A program made the translations under genes and the position numbers. From NCBI GenBank assembly GCA_025449835.1, contig JANWIO010000057.1, positions 1-62,264 on the forward strand: a stretch of 62,264 nt of DNA, in the 5' to 3' direction. Positions within the stretch are counted from its first letter, which is position 1, and the number at the start of each line of letters is the position of its first letter. This DNA comes from Vampirovibrionales bacterium. GTDB taxonomy: Bacteria > Cyanobacteriota > Vampirovibrionia > Vampirovibrionales > JAGQHJ01. Below the pieces are notes generated by a model that made no database searches, was not told the origin of the DNA, and saw nothing but the letters and a program-made list of their open reading frames with translations. Shown here in pieces: positions 37,057 to 47,321 of this stretch.

Positions 37057-40000
37057 ATGAGCCTTCACAAAGATCCGTTTTGGTATAAAGACGCCATTAT
37101 TTATGAACTGCATGTTCGGTCCTTTTACGACAGTAGTGGCGATGGCAATGGTGATTTTCAGGGGCTCATCCAAAAACTAGATTATCTCCAAACCTTGGGG
37201 ATCACCTGTATTTGGCTATTACCCTTTTATCCTTCTCCCCTCAAAGATGATGGATATGATATCTCAGACTACCACGGGATTCACTCTAACTACGGTAACT
37301 TAAAAGATTTCAAGAACTTTATTAAAGAAGCCCACCGTCGCGGACTCCGCGTGATTACGGAGCTGGTTATCAATCATACTTCTGACCAACATCCCTGGTT
37401 TCAGGCGGCACGCCGAGCCAAACCCAACTCGGCAAGAAGAAATTTCTATATTTGGAGTGATACCCCAGAAAAATTTCAAGAGACCCGAATCATTTTTAGT
37501 GATACAGAGCGTTCAAACTGGACGTGGGATGAAGAAGCCCAATCCTATTATTGGCATCGATTTTTCTCTCATCAACCCGATTTAAATCACAATAATCCCC
37601 GAGTTGTGAAGGAAGTGATTAAAATTCTTCGTTTTTGGCTTGATATGGGAGTGGATGGCCTACGACTCGATGCGGTTCCCTACCTCTGTGTGAGAGAAGG
37701 CACGAATAATGAGAACCTTCCCGAGACGCATCAAGTAATTAAAGCCATTCGCAAAGAAATTGATCTGTATTATGAAGACCGGATGCTTCTGGCAGAGGCC
37801 AACCAATGGCCCCAAGATGTTCGGGCCTATTTTGGAGAAGGGGATGAATGTCACATGGCCTTTCACTTTCCATTAATGCCCCGCATCTTTATGGCCATTC
37901 GGAAAGAAGACTCCTTCCCCATTATTGATATCATTTCAAAAACGCCGGATATTCCCTATAACTGCCAATGGGGATTATTTTTACGGAATCATGACGAGTT
38001 GACGCTGGAAATGGTGACAGACGAAGAACGAGATTATATGTACAAAGAGTATGTCACGGATCCTCGAATGCGGATTAATCTGGGAATTCGTCGTCGTTTG
38101 GCTCCCCTTGTTGAGAATGATCCCGCCACAATCCAAATGCTCAATAGCATTCTTTTTTCTTTCCCTGGTACGCCCATTCTTTATTATGGCGATGAAATCG
38201 GGATGGGGGACAATATCTATCTTGGTGACCGTGATGGGGTAAGAACCCCTATGCAATGGTCGATTGATCGAAATGCAGGGTTCTCCAAAACAGACCCAGC
38301 CAAGCTTTACAATCCAATCATTATGGACCCGGTTTATGGGTATCAAGCCGTAAATGTGGAGGCGCAAGAACGCAATACCTCTTCGCTGCTTAACTTTATG
38401 AAACGTTTGATTTCACTTCGGCGTCAGTATAAGGCTTTAGGCCGGGGAAACATTGAATTTATGCAGCCGTTAAACCGAAAAGTCCTGGTGTATATTCGGC
38501 GTTATAAGCGAGAAGTCATTCTTTGCGTGGTCAATTTATCTCGTTTTGTTCAACCGGTGGAGCTTGATCTCTCTGAATTTAAGGATTTAACTCCCGTTGA
38601 ACTGTTTGGAAGAACACAATTTCCGCCGATTGGTGAATTACCCTATTTCCTAACCCTAGGTCCCAATGCCTTTTATTGGTTTAAACTGGATCCGCCTGCT
38701 GAACCTATTTATACCCAAAGGGCTTTAAAGCAAACGGAGCTTTCTTTTAAAACCATTGATTTAGAGCAAGGTTGGGAAGGTTTATGGGAGCCTGCGAACC
38801 GCCATGTCATTGAAACAGATATTTTACCCGCTTATTTACCGCATCAGCCTTGGTTTGTTCACAAAGAAAGTCAGATTAAAACGGTTAAAATTACCGATTG
38901 GAGTAAAATTGGGGCAAATTTTTACTTCGTCTTTGTGGAAATATCCTATGAAAACAAGCTGGCAGCCGAAACTTACTGCCTTCCCCTCCGTATTTCAACA
39001 GGAATGACAGCTCAAACCATTGTGAGTGAGATTCCTGGGTGTATTTTATGCTGGGTAAAAACATCCAAAGGACAAGGTGTGCTTTTTGATGCCGTATTTG
39101 ATGAAACCGCATGCACGATCCTCTTATCCTCCATTGAAGATAACCGTTATTACCCTACAAACCTTAAGGGATGGGTGACAAGCTCTTCCTCTTTGTCTCC
39201 CGTCGAGCTGCGCAAATATGAAAGTGAAACCCTGAATGTTCGTCAAATCACGCCAAGAGAAAGAAGCACGTCTATTTTTTATGATGAATGGATGGTCCTC
39301 AAACTCTATCGTCGAATTGAAGCCGGACCAAACCCAGACATTGCAATGAGACAGTATCTTCTCAAACGCGGTGGTTTTAATCAGGTTTCTAAAATTACAG
39401 GCTTTTTGGAATATCATCTACCTCTGGAAAGAATGCCCCATGCACTGGGTATTCTCCAAAACTTTGTACCCAATGAAGGTGATGCACTGACCTTTACCAA
39501 GATCTTGCTCAAAAATTATCTGAATGGCTATGTTTCTCAGCAAGTTCAAAAAGAAACCACTTCACCAACCTTCTCTAAAAGCTTGATTGAGGAAGTCCAT
39601 TCTGAAATCCCAGCGTTCATTTTGAAAAACCTCGAAAAGTACTCAGCTTTTTATGCGCTTTTAGGACAACGGACTGCTGAATTTCACTTGGCCATGAGCC
39701 AGGAAATACTGGATAAAGAATTTATCACAGAAAAAATGACAAGTAGTGGCTTTGAGGGCCTTTCTGATGATATTTCGCGTAAAGTACAAATTACATTGGA
39801 ACAGGTGAACTATAAGCTCAAAGATTTATCGCCCCTCACGCAGAAAAAAGCGCATCAACTCTTTGCATCCAGCTCAACATTAATCGAGCGCATCTATGCC
39901 TTAAATGAAATCGAGTCACCGCTTGTTAAAATTCGATGTCACGGCAATCTACATCTTTCCAGTATTTTAAAGACCGAAGAAGACTTCCTCTTCTTAGACT

Positions 40001-40395
40001 TTGATGGTGACCTCCATTTGTCCATTTCTGAACGGCGTAAAAAGCAACTTCCGCTGATGGATATTGCGAGCATGCTCTGTTCATTTCATCAAGCAAGCAC
40101 CAGTGCCTTAATGGAATTCCTCCAAGGGCAAGACGAAACCATATTTTTAGCTTATGAACCTTGGGTCAATATTTGGACAAACAGCATCTCGGTTCTCTTT
40201 TTAAAGCGTTATCTTGAAACAGCCACTGATTGCGGTATTCTTCCAAAAAGCCCCAAAGATCTTGAGATACTGCTTGCCACGTTAATGCAGGACAAAGCCT
40301 TTAATTCCTTGGGCGAAGATCTGGAATATAACCTCGAAAATGTCCTCTCTTCCGTGCAAATTATTTTGTATGCCATCCAGGGACTAAAATTTTAG
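37057..40395 (+). CDS. treS: Trehalose synthase (maltose alpha-D-glucosyltransferase) fused to a maltokinase-like domain
   Basis: WYKDAIIYE, DGLRLDAVPYL, LAEANQWP, FLRNHDELTLE, RDGVRTPMQW; C-terminal KLYRRIEAGPNPD. Confidence 0.95.
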   Translation: MSLHKDPFWYKDAIIYELHVRSFYDSSGDGNGDFQGLIQKLDYLQTLGITCIWLLPFYPSPLKDDGYDISDYHGIHSNYGNLKDFKNFIKEAHRRGLRVITELVINHTSDQHPWFQAARRAKPNSARRNFYIWSDTPEKFQETRIIFSDTERSNWTWDEEAQSYYWHRFFSHQPDLNHNNPRVVKEVIKILRFWLDMGVDGLRLDAVPYLCVREGTNNENLPETHQVIKAIRKEIDLYYEDRMLLAEANQWPQDVRAYFGEGDECHMAFHFPLMPRIFMAIRKEDSFPIIDIISKTPDIPYNCQWGLFLRNHDELTLEMVTDEERDYMYKEYVTDPRMRINLGIRRRLAPLVENDPATIQMLNSILFSFPGTPILYYGDEIGMGDNIYLGDRDGVRTPMQWSIDRNAGFSKTDPAKLYNPIIMDPVYGYQAVNVEAQERNTSSLLNFMKRLISLRRQYKALGRGNIEFMQPLNRKVLVYIRRYKREVILCVVNLSRFVQPVELDLSEFKDLTPVELFGRTQFPPIGELPYFLTLGPNAFYWFKLDPPAEPIYTQRALKQTELSFKTIDLEQGWEGLWEPANRHVIETDILPAYLPHQPWFVHKESQIKTVKITDWSKIGANFYFVFVEISYENKLAAETYCLPLRISTGMTAQTIVSEIPGCILCWVKTSKGQGVLFDAVFDETACTILLSSIEDNRYYPTNLKGWVTSSSSLSPVELRKYESETLNVRQITPRERSTSIFYDEWMVLKLYRRIEAGPNPDIAMRQYLLKRGGFNQVSKITGFLEYHLPLERMPHALGILQNFVPNEGDALTFTKILLKNYLNGYVSQQVQKETTSPTFSKSLIEEVHSEIPAFILKNLEKYSAFYALLGQRTAEFHLAMSQEILDKEFITEKMTSSGFEGLSDDISRKVQITLEQVNYKLKDLSPLTQKKAHQLFASSSTLIERIYALNEIESPLVKIRCHGNLHLSSILKTEEDFLFLDFDGDLHLSISERRKKQLPLMDIASMLCSFHQASTSALMEFLQGQDETIFLAYEPWVNIWTNSISVLFLKRYLETATDCGILPKSPKDLEILLATLMQDKAFNSLGEDLEYNLENVLSSVQIILYAIQGLKF

Positions 40396-40448
40396 AGTCC
40401 ACCTTTAGCCAATAGCATTTGGGACAAGAGAACGGGATAATAGGGTCT

Positions 40449-40901
40449 ATGGATTACCATCATGATGAGACGCATCCGATTTCATTCATTCAGGTGCTCA
40501 TTGGGGGCATTCTGTTTATTATTTTGCTGCGCATTCTCACCGGTGTCATGTGGCTGTTGATTTTTTGGGCAGAACCGCATTTTGGTACCTTTTATGAAGC
40601 AGTGGTCCGAGTGATCCCATTTCCCATTCTCGTTATACTCATCCCTCTTGTTTTAGCACTCTTGATTATTTTATATGTCAGTCGTTCCAGACCCAAACGG
40701 CCTAAATCTGGGCATTTTGAAAATGAAGAGATTTCTGAGTTTGAAACTATGCGAAAGCTCTTCAAGCCATCTTATTCCAAAGAAGATATTTTCATGATCC
40801 TTAAAATCATTCTGTTGATTTGGTTTGTGATCTTTGTTTTTCAATTTGTTATCTGGTTTGCGTTTCGGAGTTATACGCCGCCGTCAATTTCCTTTCCTTG
40901 A
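40449..40901 (+). CDS. Hypothetical membrane protein (3 TM)
   Basis: Hydrophobic segments; no family recognised. Confidence 0.6.
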   Translation: MDYHHDETHPISFIQVLIGGILFIILLRILTGVMWLLIFWAEPHFGTFYEAVVRVIPFPILVILIPLVLALLIILYVSRSRPKRPKSGHFENEEISEFETMRKLFKPSYSKEDIFMILKIILLIWFVIFVFQFVIWFAFRSYTPPSISFP

Positions 40902-41287
40902 AAATCAAGGGATGCAGAGTTGACACAATATCGCAATCCAGTTGGTTCTGGACCATCCTCAAAAACATGGCCCAGGTGTGCACCACAGTGTTGGCACATA
41001 ATTTCCGTTCGCACCATGCCATAATTGCTATCGGTTTCTGTTGCAATATCGACTTCATTCATGGGTTGCCAAAAACTGGGCCACCCTGAGCCAGAGTCGT
41101 ATTTGCTTTCAGAGCTAAATAGCGGATTCCCGCAACAAGCACAAGTGTAAATGCCTTTTTCCTTGGAATTATAATATTTTCCGGTAAAAGCAGGTTCAGT
41201 CCCTTTCTGACGGGTAATCCGATATTGTTCCGGTGTGAGTTTCTGCCGCCAGTCTTCCTCTGATTTGTGAATTTCATGGGATACCAT
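40871..41287 (-). CDS. msrB: Peptide-methionine (R)-S-oxide reductase
   Basis: [35 protein letters not shown]. Confidence 0.97.
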   Translation of the reverse strand: MVSHEIHKSEEDWRQKLTPEQYRITRQKGTEPAFTGKYYNSKEKGIYTCACCGNPLFSSESKYDSGSGWPSFWQPMNEVDIATETDSNYGMVRTEIMCQHCGAHLGHVFEDGPEPTGLRYCVNSASLDFQGKEIDGGV

Positions 41288-41517
41288 CTTGAGACTCCTT
41301 TGTTGGTTAAGTGGGTGTACATCGACATGATTATACCCCTTCTCTTATTTTGAAACGTCAGAACCTGCGGGTAAATCCTTAAATGAAATCTTCATGCAAT
41401 CGTTCCCTCGGTCTTACATTGTCGTAAATACGATATAATTGAAAGATATTGGTTGATTTTACGGACAACCATTCCATTCTTTTTAGAACGGTTATTGAAG
41501 CGTGAAAGGATACAGGC

Positions 41518-41886
41518 ATGAGTCCAAAAGATGCAAGTAAAGAAAAAGAACGATGGGCATCAAACGTTGTTTCGTGGGACGAAGAACGGTTTAAAATGAC
41601 GGTGAGAAGCTTTGATGCAAAGTTTGCCAACACCACTTTTGTTCGCCGAAAAAATAATTTAATTCAGATTGATTATACGTTTCTGGAAATTGAGTTTGAG
41701 CCGACCGGTAAAAATGGAAAATCAGAAGAATTTAGCGAGCAGATTGAACTAAAAGATAAAAGTGTTTTACCTCACACCACAATCGTTATTCCTGAAGATG
41801 TTGCTCGCTTGCTTCACAGCCAACTGACCAATGCCTTAATGCCGCAACAACAGTCCGCAGAAACAGCAGAAGCTGCGGCTGAATAA
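41518..41886 (+). CDS. Hypothetical protein (122 aa)
   Basis: ORF with plausible SD; acidic; no confident family. Confidence 0.7.
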   Translation: MSPKDASKEKERWASNVVSWDEERFKMTVRSFDAKFANTTFVRRKNNLIQIDYTFLEIEFEPTGKNGKSEEFSEQIELKDKSVLPHTTIVIPEDVARLLHSQLTNALMPQQQSAETAEAAAE

Positions 41887-41982
41887 CAACGCATTAAAGT
41901 CTATTAGAGATTGAAGACCAGATTTTACCCTCTGGTAGTGGTTTGTTGAGAAAAATGGCATGTTTTAGGGAGCCTGATCTGC

Positions 41983-43890
41983 ATGGCTGAGTCATCTTTA
42001 CCACAACAAAATATCGATCTTTTATTTTCCCAAGCCCTGGTGTGCCATCAATCAGGACAGCTAAACCAGGCAGCAGCATTCTATCAACAAATTTTACAAA
42101 CCGACCCCAATCATGCCCAAAGTCTTTACCATTTAGGATTGCTCAGTAATCAGTTGGGCCAGCCCGATGTGGCTGTGATGTATTTATACAAAGCCATCCA
42201 GGTGAATTCGACTGAACCCAACTATTACAATGATTTGGGTTTAATCTTGTATGACCAAAATAAAATCGACGATGCCATCTCATGCTACAACCGAGCCATC
42301 CAGCTAAAACCTAACTTTGCCGAAGCCTATAACAATCTGGGCAATGCTTTGAAAAGTCAAAATAGGTTCAATGACGCCATTGAGGCTTATAAAAAGGCAT
42401 TAAAATCCAATCCCAACTTGTATGCTGCTTTTTATAACGTTGGAAATACTTATCAGGCATTAAAGCGATATGACGAAGCCATTGCCTGTTTTGAAAAAGC
42501 CCTTAGTATAAGTCCGGGCTTGTCTCAAGCCTATAATAATCTGGGGACCATCTATAAAGAACGTCAGCAAATCGATACAGCGATTTCATGTTATCGCCAG
42601 GCGATTCAGGCAAATCCACAACTTGCCGAAGCCCACAACAATTTAGGCGCTGTTTTAGAGCTAAAAGGTCAGCAAGATGAGGCCATGGCGTGTTACAGAA
42701 AGGCATTAACTATAAATCCCAACTTTGCTGAGGCTTACAACAATCTGGCCAATATTCTACGTCTGGTGGGGGAGATTGATGAAGCCATTCAAAATTATCA
42801 GTCGGCAATTCGTTTTGACCCCCAATCGGCTGCAATTCCAACCAATTTAGGCGTCACCCTGTTACATGAGGCTGGTAAACCACGGGATGCTATCAATTCT
42901 TTTCATCATGCCCTTACCTTGGACCCGAATTATGTGGAAGCCCATTGTTATTGCGGACTGGCCTATTTGCTCCTGGAAGATTTTGAGCATGGTTGGCCAG
43001 CATATGAGTGGCGATTCCAGCTTCCAGAGTTTACACAGCACCATTATGAAAAGCCCCGATGGAATGGGGAACCTTTAACCACCGAAACCATTCTTGTTCA
43101 TGCCGAGCAAGGATTTGGGGATACCCTCCAGTTTGTCCGATATTTGCCATTGTTAAAAGCCAAAACCCAGGGTAAAGTAATTTTTTTATGTCAAAAATCT
43201 CACCAGAGGCTTCTCACCAATATACAAGGGTGTGATGAATTGATTGTCGACGTTACGCCATCCTTAAACTTTGATCTCCATGTGCCGCTACTGAGTTTAC
43301 CAGGACTTTTTAAAACCAATCTTGAAAACATTCCGACGTCACCACGATACATTCAGGCTGATCCGGAAATGGTAGAAGCCTGGGCCGGAAAACTCTCTAA
43401 TGAAAACCGGTTTAAAGTCGGGTTGGTGTGGGCTGGAAATCCAAAAAGCCAGAATGATTATAATCGTTCCTGTACTTTAGACCAGTTAGCACCTTTGGCC
43501 ACGGTTGATCAGTGCGTTTTTTATAGTCTTCAGAAATGGCAAGCTGCTGAACAGGCGAAGACACCCCCCGATGGGATGGCGCTGATCAACCTGGATAGTG
43601 AAATTGAAGATTTTGCCGATACGGCGGCGATTATTATGAATCTGGATTTGGTGATTACAGTTGATACCTCTGTGGCGCACTTGGCAGGGGCTTTGGGAAA
43701 ACCAGTTTGGGTGATGCTTCCATTTATCCCGGATTGGCGATGGTTTCTGAATCGTGAAAAAAGCCCATGGTACCCTTCTGCACATTTATTTCGCCAACCT
43801 AACCTCCGAGACTGGGAAAATGTTATTTCAGAGGTCACTAGGGCACTCAAAACATCTGTTGAGCAAGCGCTCAATGTCACAACCCGGTAA
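41983..43890 (+). CDS. TPR-repeat protein with C-terminal GT-B glycosyltransferase (GT9-like) domain
   Basis: About 9-10 TPRs (AEAYNNLG), HAEQGFGDTLQFVRY, VGLVWAGNP, DLVITVDTSVAHLAGALG. Confidence 0.9.
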   Translation: MAESSLPQQNIDLLFSQALVCHQSGQLNQAAAFYQQILQTDPNHAQSLYHLGLLSNQLGQPDVAVMYLYKAIQVNSTEPNYYNDLGLILYDQNKIDDAISCYNRAIQLKPNFAEAYNNLGNALKSQNRFNDAIEAYKKALKSNPNLYAAFYNVGNTYQALKRYDEAIACFEKALSISPGLSQAYNNLGTIYKERQQIDTAISCYRQAIQANPQLAEAHNNLGAVLELKGQQDEAMACYRKALTINPNFAEAYNNLANILRLVGEIDEAIQNYQSAIRFDPQSAAIPTNLGVTLLHEAGKPRDAINSFHHALTLDPNYVEAHCYCGLAYLLLEDFEHGWPAYEWRFQLPEFTQHHYEKPRWNGEPLTTETILVHAEQGFGDTLQFVRYLPLLKAKTQGKVIFLCQKSHQRLLTNIQGCDELIVDVTPSLNFDLHVPLLSLPGLFKTNLENIPTSPRYIQADPEMVEAWAGKLSNENRFKVGLVWAGNPKSQNDYNRSCTLDQLAPLATVDQCVFYSLQKWQAAEQAKTPPDGMALINLDSEIEDFADTAAIIMNLDLVITVDTSVAHLAGALGKPVWVMLPFIPDWRWFLNREKSPWYPSAHLFRQPNLRDWENVISEVTRALKTSVEQALNVTTR

Positions 43891-43969
43891 AGTAAGTTCA
43901 TGATTTACGAGGATTTCAGCCAATGCTGAAGCAGGTATCATGGCAATGATTGTTGGTGAAGGGTGACCG

Positions 43970-44887
43970 ATGAAGAAGTTTTTTTATGCAGTTGTATCCA
44001 TTGTCTTTCTTATGGCACCTTACTTTGCCTTTTTTCGGATGAATGATGCGTTAAACAAACAGCATGAGAAAGCTTCTCAAACCAGTGCAAGCCTCTATCA
44101 AAACAAAGCTGTTACACCGGCTCCCACTGCGGATTCTTATGCCACAGAAGGGTTGACGGAACTCAAAGCGCATCATCTTCCCAAAGCCATTGCCACTTTT
44201 CAAAAGGCACTTCATCTAAACCCCAACAATATCAATTCTCAATACTATTTGGGTATTGCCTATTTAGAATCCAATCAGGATGATTTGGCAGCCCAATGGT
44301 TCTCCAAAGCCATCAAAACAAATCCCAAACTGGCTCAGGCCCATTATGATTTGGGATTAATTGATGCGAAACAAAGAAAATGGCAGAGGGCAATTGCGGA
44401 ATTTGAAAAGACTGTTCAGCTGAATCCAAAGCATATTGATGCCTATGACAATTTAGGGGTGGCTTATTTCAATACAAAGCAATGGGAAAAAGCAATTTTC
44501 GCTTTTCAAAAAGTGGCCAACGCTCGCCCAAAGAACGCACAAAGCCATTACAACCTGGGATTCGTATACAGTAAAGCAACCCAATGGCATAGTGCCATTC
44601 CTGAGTTTCAGAAATCAATTGCTTTGGACCCTAAAATGGTGAAAGCTTATAATGATTTGGGCGTGGCGTATTTTAAAACAAAGAACCTTTCTCAAGCCAT
44701 CAAAACCTTTCAACAAACCTTGGCCATTGCGCCTGATAATCAAGATGCCTTAAATGACTTAACATCGTTGTATTGTATCAGCGCACATCATTATGATGCA
44801 GAGCGACACTATCAAAAACTGCTTAAGATTAATCCCAAACGAGCCTATCAACTTCAAAAATCATTGGGAAATTGCCTCGTTCGGTAA
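43970..44887 (+). CDS. Membrane-anchored or exported TPR protein
   Basis: N-terminal hydrophobic segment; about 6 TPRs (AHYDLG, AYDNLG, SHYNLG, AYNDLG). Confidence 0.88.
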   Translation: MKKFFYAVVSIVFLMAPYFAFFRMNDALNKQHEKASQTSASLYQNKAVTPAPTADSYATEGLTELKAHHLPKAIATFQKALHLNPNNINSQYYLGIAYLESNQDDLAAQWFSKAIKTNPKLAQAHYDLGLIDAKQRKWQRAIAEFEKTVQLNPKHIDAYDNLGVAYFNTKQWEKAIFAFQKVANARPKNAQSHYNLGFVYSKATQWHSAIPEFQKSIALDPKMVKAYNDLGVAYFKTKNLSQAIKTFQQTLAIAPDNQDALNDLTSLYCISAHHYDAERHYQKLLKINPKRAYQLQKSLGNCLVR

Positions 44888-44895
44888 GGCCTTGC

Positions 44896-45705
44896 CTAAA
44901 AAATCGCCGAATAATCTGACAGAAAGTTTTGTATCATATGGATAAAAATGGGTAATGTTATCAACAGAACGGCAAAGCCAATACCGGGTTTTAAGCCAAA
45001 ACTTAACTGATAGATTTGAATTTGCTGCGCTGTTCGGTTCACAATACCTAGAAGCAGGTCAACAGCCATTGTCACCACAAGAATCGGCGCCACGAACTGA
45101 AGTGCAATGGTAATGGTATTGCCTGAAATCTGGACGAGGTAATCCAAACTAATCTGCCTTACAAAATCTGGCTGCACAGAGTAGATGGGAAAAATCTCAA
45201 AACTTCGACTTAATGCCGAAATAATCCAGTACATTCCTCCCACATGAAAGAAAATCACCACCGCAATAAAGCTAAATAACTTTTCCGTTAAAGGCACTTG
45301 TTGGTGGGTTCCTGGATCAAACATCATCCCAGCGGCAAGACCAATCTGAATGTTCATAAGAGAGCCAGCAGAAGAAACGGTTTCAAAAATAACACTGGCG
45401 ATAAACGCAATAAAAGCGCCAACGGTTATGTTAATAAATATTTGTAACGTATACCACATTGGATTGTTCGAGTTCGCAAATCCAGCCTGCCCTCCTGGTA
45501 AGGTCCAAAGCAGGATCCCACTCATGAGAAGCGCAATACCCATTTTTACGGTAAAAGGGACGTCTTTTCTCCCTAAAATCGGCGCAACTATCACGAAACC
45601 CAACATCCGAGCGAAAACTAAAAAACCCGTATCAATAACCGCCGCATATGCATGGTGCAAGGTGGCGATGTCTTTCAGTAAAAGACTAAATTGATCAGGT
45701 ATCAC
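44896..45705 (-). CDS. fliR: Type III export gate protein FliR/SctT family
   Basis: FARMLGFVIVAP, QIGLAAGMMFDP, AMAVDLLLGIVNRTAQQIQI; 6 TM pattern. Confidence 0.88.
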   Translation of the reverse strand: MIPDQFSLLLKDIATLHHAYAAVIDTGFLVFARMLGFVIVAPILGRKDVPFTVKMGIALLMSGILLWTLPGGQAGFANSNNPMWYTLQIFINITVGAFIAFIASVIFETVSSAGSLMNIQIGLAAGMMFDPGTHQQVPLTEKLFSFIAVVIFFHVGGMYWIISALSRSFEIFPIYSVQPDFVRQISLDYLVQISGNTITIALQFVAPILVVTMAVDLLLGIVNRTAQQIQIYQLSFGLKPGIGFAVLLITLPIFIHMIQNFLSDYSAIF

Positions 45706-45711
45706 CCTTGC

Positions 45712-46251
45712 TTACTCCTTGCTTCCGGGTGGCTTCGGGAGCTTTCCTTCAGCACGCCGCTGCATATAAATTTGTTCGCCAATGCCGGGGCGTGGAACGG
45801 GGCGATGACTATTGTCGATAATGGCTTTTTCAGGGCCGTTAAACCCGCTTAAATTTGGAGGTTTCTCCATAAGGGCTTTAATCTTACTATCGGATGGAAT
45901 CTGCTTCTGCTCCTTAAAAAATTCGGCAGGTGTATCTCCTTGGCCGTAGGTATAAAGCGGCTTTGGTGGGAGCACCATTGCTTCATCCCTGGGAATCACA
46001 TCGAAACTGAGATGCGTTGCCTCCGTAAAATAGTCCCTCATAATGTCCATCATAAAGGGTCCACCAAAAATTATAAGGAGAAACACGCCCACGATCTTAG
46101 GAGCGGAAGAAATGGTCTGTTCCTGAACTTGGGTCACAGCTTGCAGGATCCCAATAACCAAGCCAATACCTGCAGCCATCAAAACCGCAGGCATGGATAA
46201 CAAAAGCATTATGCCAAGGCCTTTCCCGAGATGCTGCATTAAAATATCCAT
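45712..46251 (-). CDS. fliQ: Type III export gate protein FliQ/SctS with ~90-aa Pro-rich C-terminal extension
   Basis: LVIGILQAVTQVQEQTISSAPK. Confidence 0.88.
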   Translation of the reverse strand: MDILMQHLGKGLGIMLLLSMPAVLMAAGIGLVIGILQAVTQVQEQTISSAPKIVGVFLLIIFGGPFMMDIMRDYFTEATHLSFDVIPRDEAMVLPPKPLYTYGQGDTPAEFFKEQKQIPSDSKIKALMEKPPNLSGFNGPEKAIIDNSHRPVPRPGIGEQIYMQRRAEGKLPKPPGSKE

Positions 46252-46268
46252 ATTAATGACTCTTTTCT

Positions 46269-46910
46269 TCAGTTATAGCTATGAACAAGTCCATTAATAA
46301 TTAAGCTCCACCCATCTACAGCAACAAAAATCAGGATCTTAAAGGGAAGTGAAATAATGGTGGGCGACAACATCATCATCCCAAGGGCTAAAAGAATGTT
46401 GGCAACGACCAAATCTAGCACCATAAAGGGTACAAAAATTAAAAACCCGATTTCAAATGAGGTTCTAAGCTCACTTACAATAAAGGCCGGTGCTACTTCC
46501 CAGATGGATAAATCTTCTGGGCTATTCGGAGGGGACTTATGGGCCAATTCAATAAAATATGATACATCTTTCTGTCGTGTTTGCCGCATCATAAAGTCTT
46601 TTAAAGGTCCTGATGCCGCATCCATAATAGCAATAACTGAGTCATGATTATTAATAGGAGCTTCTGCCTTTTTATACATATCATTAAACACCGGCCCCAT
46701 CGTATAAATGGTTAATATTAGAGAAATACCCACCAAAACAATACCGGGCGGAACTTGTTGGGTTCCTAAAGCCGTTTTAAGAATTGAAAGAACAATGACA
46801 TAGCGTGTAAAACTGGTTAAGCTCACCAGAATAAACGGCAACAGGCTTAACGCTGCCATCAATATCATGAGTTGCAGAGAGGGGTCTAATTTACCAAAAA
46901 GCTGTTCCAT
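46269..46910 (-). CDS. fliP: Type III export gate protein FliP/SctR family (213 aa, no signal peptide)
   Basis: TSFTRYVIVLSILKTALGTQQVPP, PAFIVSELRTSFEIGF, ISLPFKILIFVAVDGW. Confidence 0.93.
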   Translation of the reverse strand: MEQLFGKLDPSLQLMILMAALSLLPFILVSLTSFTRYVIVLSILKTALGTQQVPPGIVLVGISLILTIYTMGPVFNDMYKKAEAPINNHDSVIAIMDAASGPLKDFMMRQTRQKDVSYFIELAHKSPPNSPEDLSIWEVAPAFIVSELRTSFEIGFLIFVPFMVLDLVVANILLALGMMMLSPTIISLPFKILIFVAVDGWSLIINGLVHSYN

Positions 46911-46916
46911 GGAGGC

Positions 46917-47321
46917 TTATTTCCTTCCGACGTTAAATTTTTCCGCTAAAACCATCCTTAAACTGTTTTGGAAACGATCTTTAAAGCTTGAAGATTGGTT
47001 AAATACCTCACTTACTTGCGATGTCTCAGCGGTTTCCATAGCAGTGTCAAGGGAGGGGTCTGCTTCAAGTGTGGCCAAAAATTCTGTTTTGTCCACGGTG
47101 GTGGCAATCAAAAATCGTTGTTGGCCATATCGAACAATATAGAGGTTTTTCCTTGGTTCTAAGGTTAAAATCGATTCGATTTTTAAGCCATTGCTTTGCT
47201 TGGGACCATAGGTTTTCCCATTGATTTGGGGGTTTTGTTTGATATATAGATAAAGGAGGTAGAGTAACCCCACCACACTCATGGTGGTTAAGACAAAATT
47301 GAGGAGATAATGTCCCATCAT
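46917..47321 (-). CDS. fliO: FliO/FliZ-like protein
   Basis: N-terminal TM, LTLEPRKNLYIVRYGQQRFLI; ATGA overlap with the upstream gene; position before fliP. Confidence 0.75.
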   Translation of the reverse strand: MMGHYLLNFVLTTMSVVGLLYLLYLYIKQNPQINGKTYGPKQSNGLKIESILTLEPRKNLYIVRYGQQRFLIATTVDKTEFLATLEADPSLDTAMETAETSQVSEVFNQSSSFKDRFQNSLRMVLAEKFNVGRK

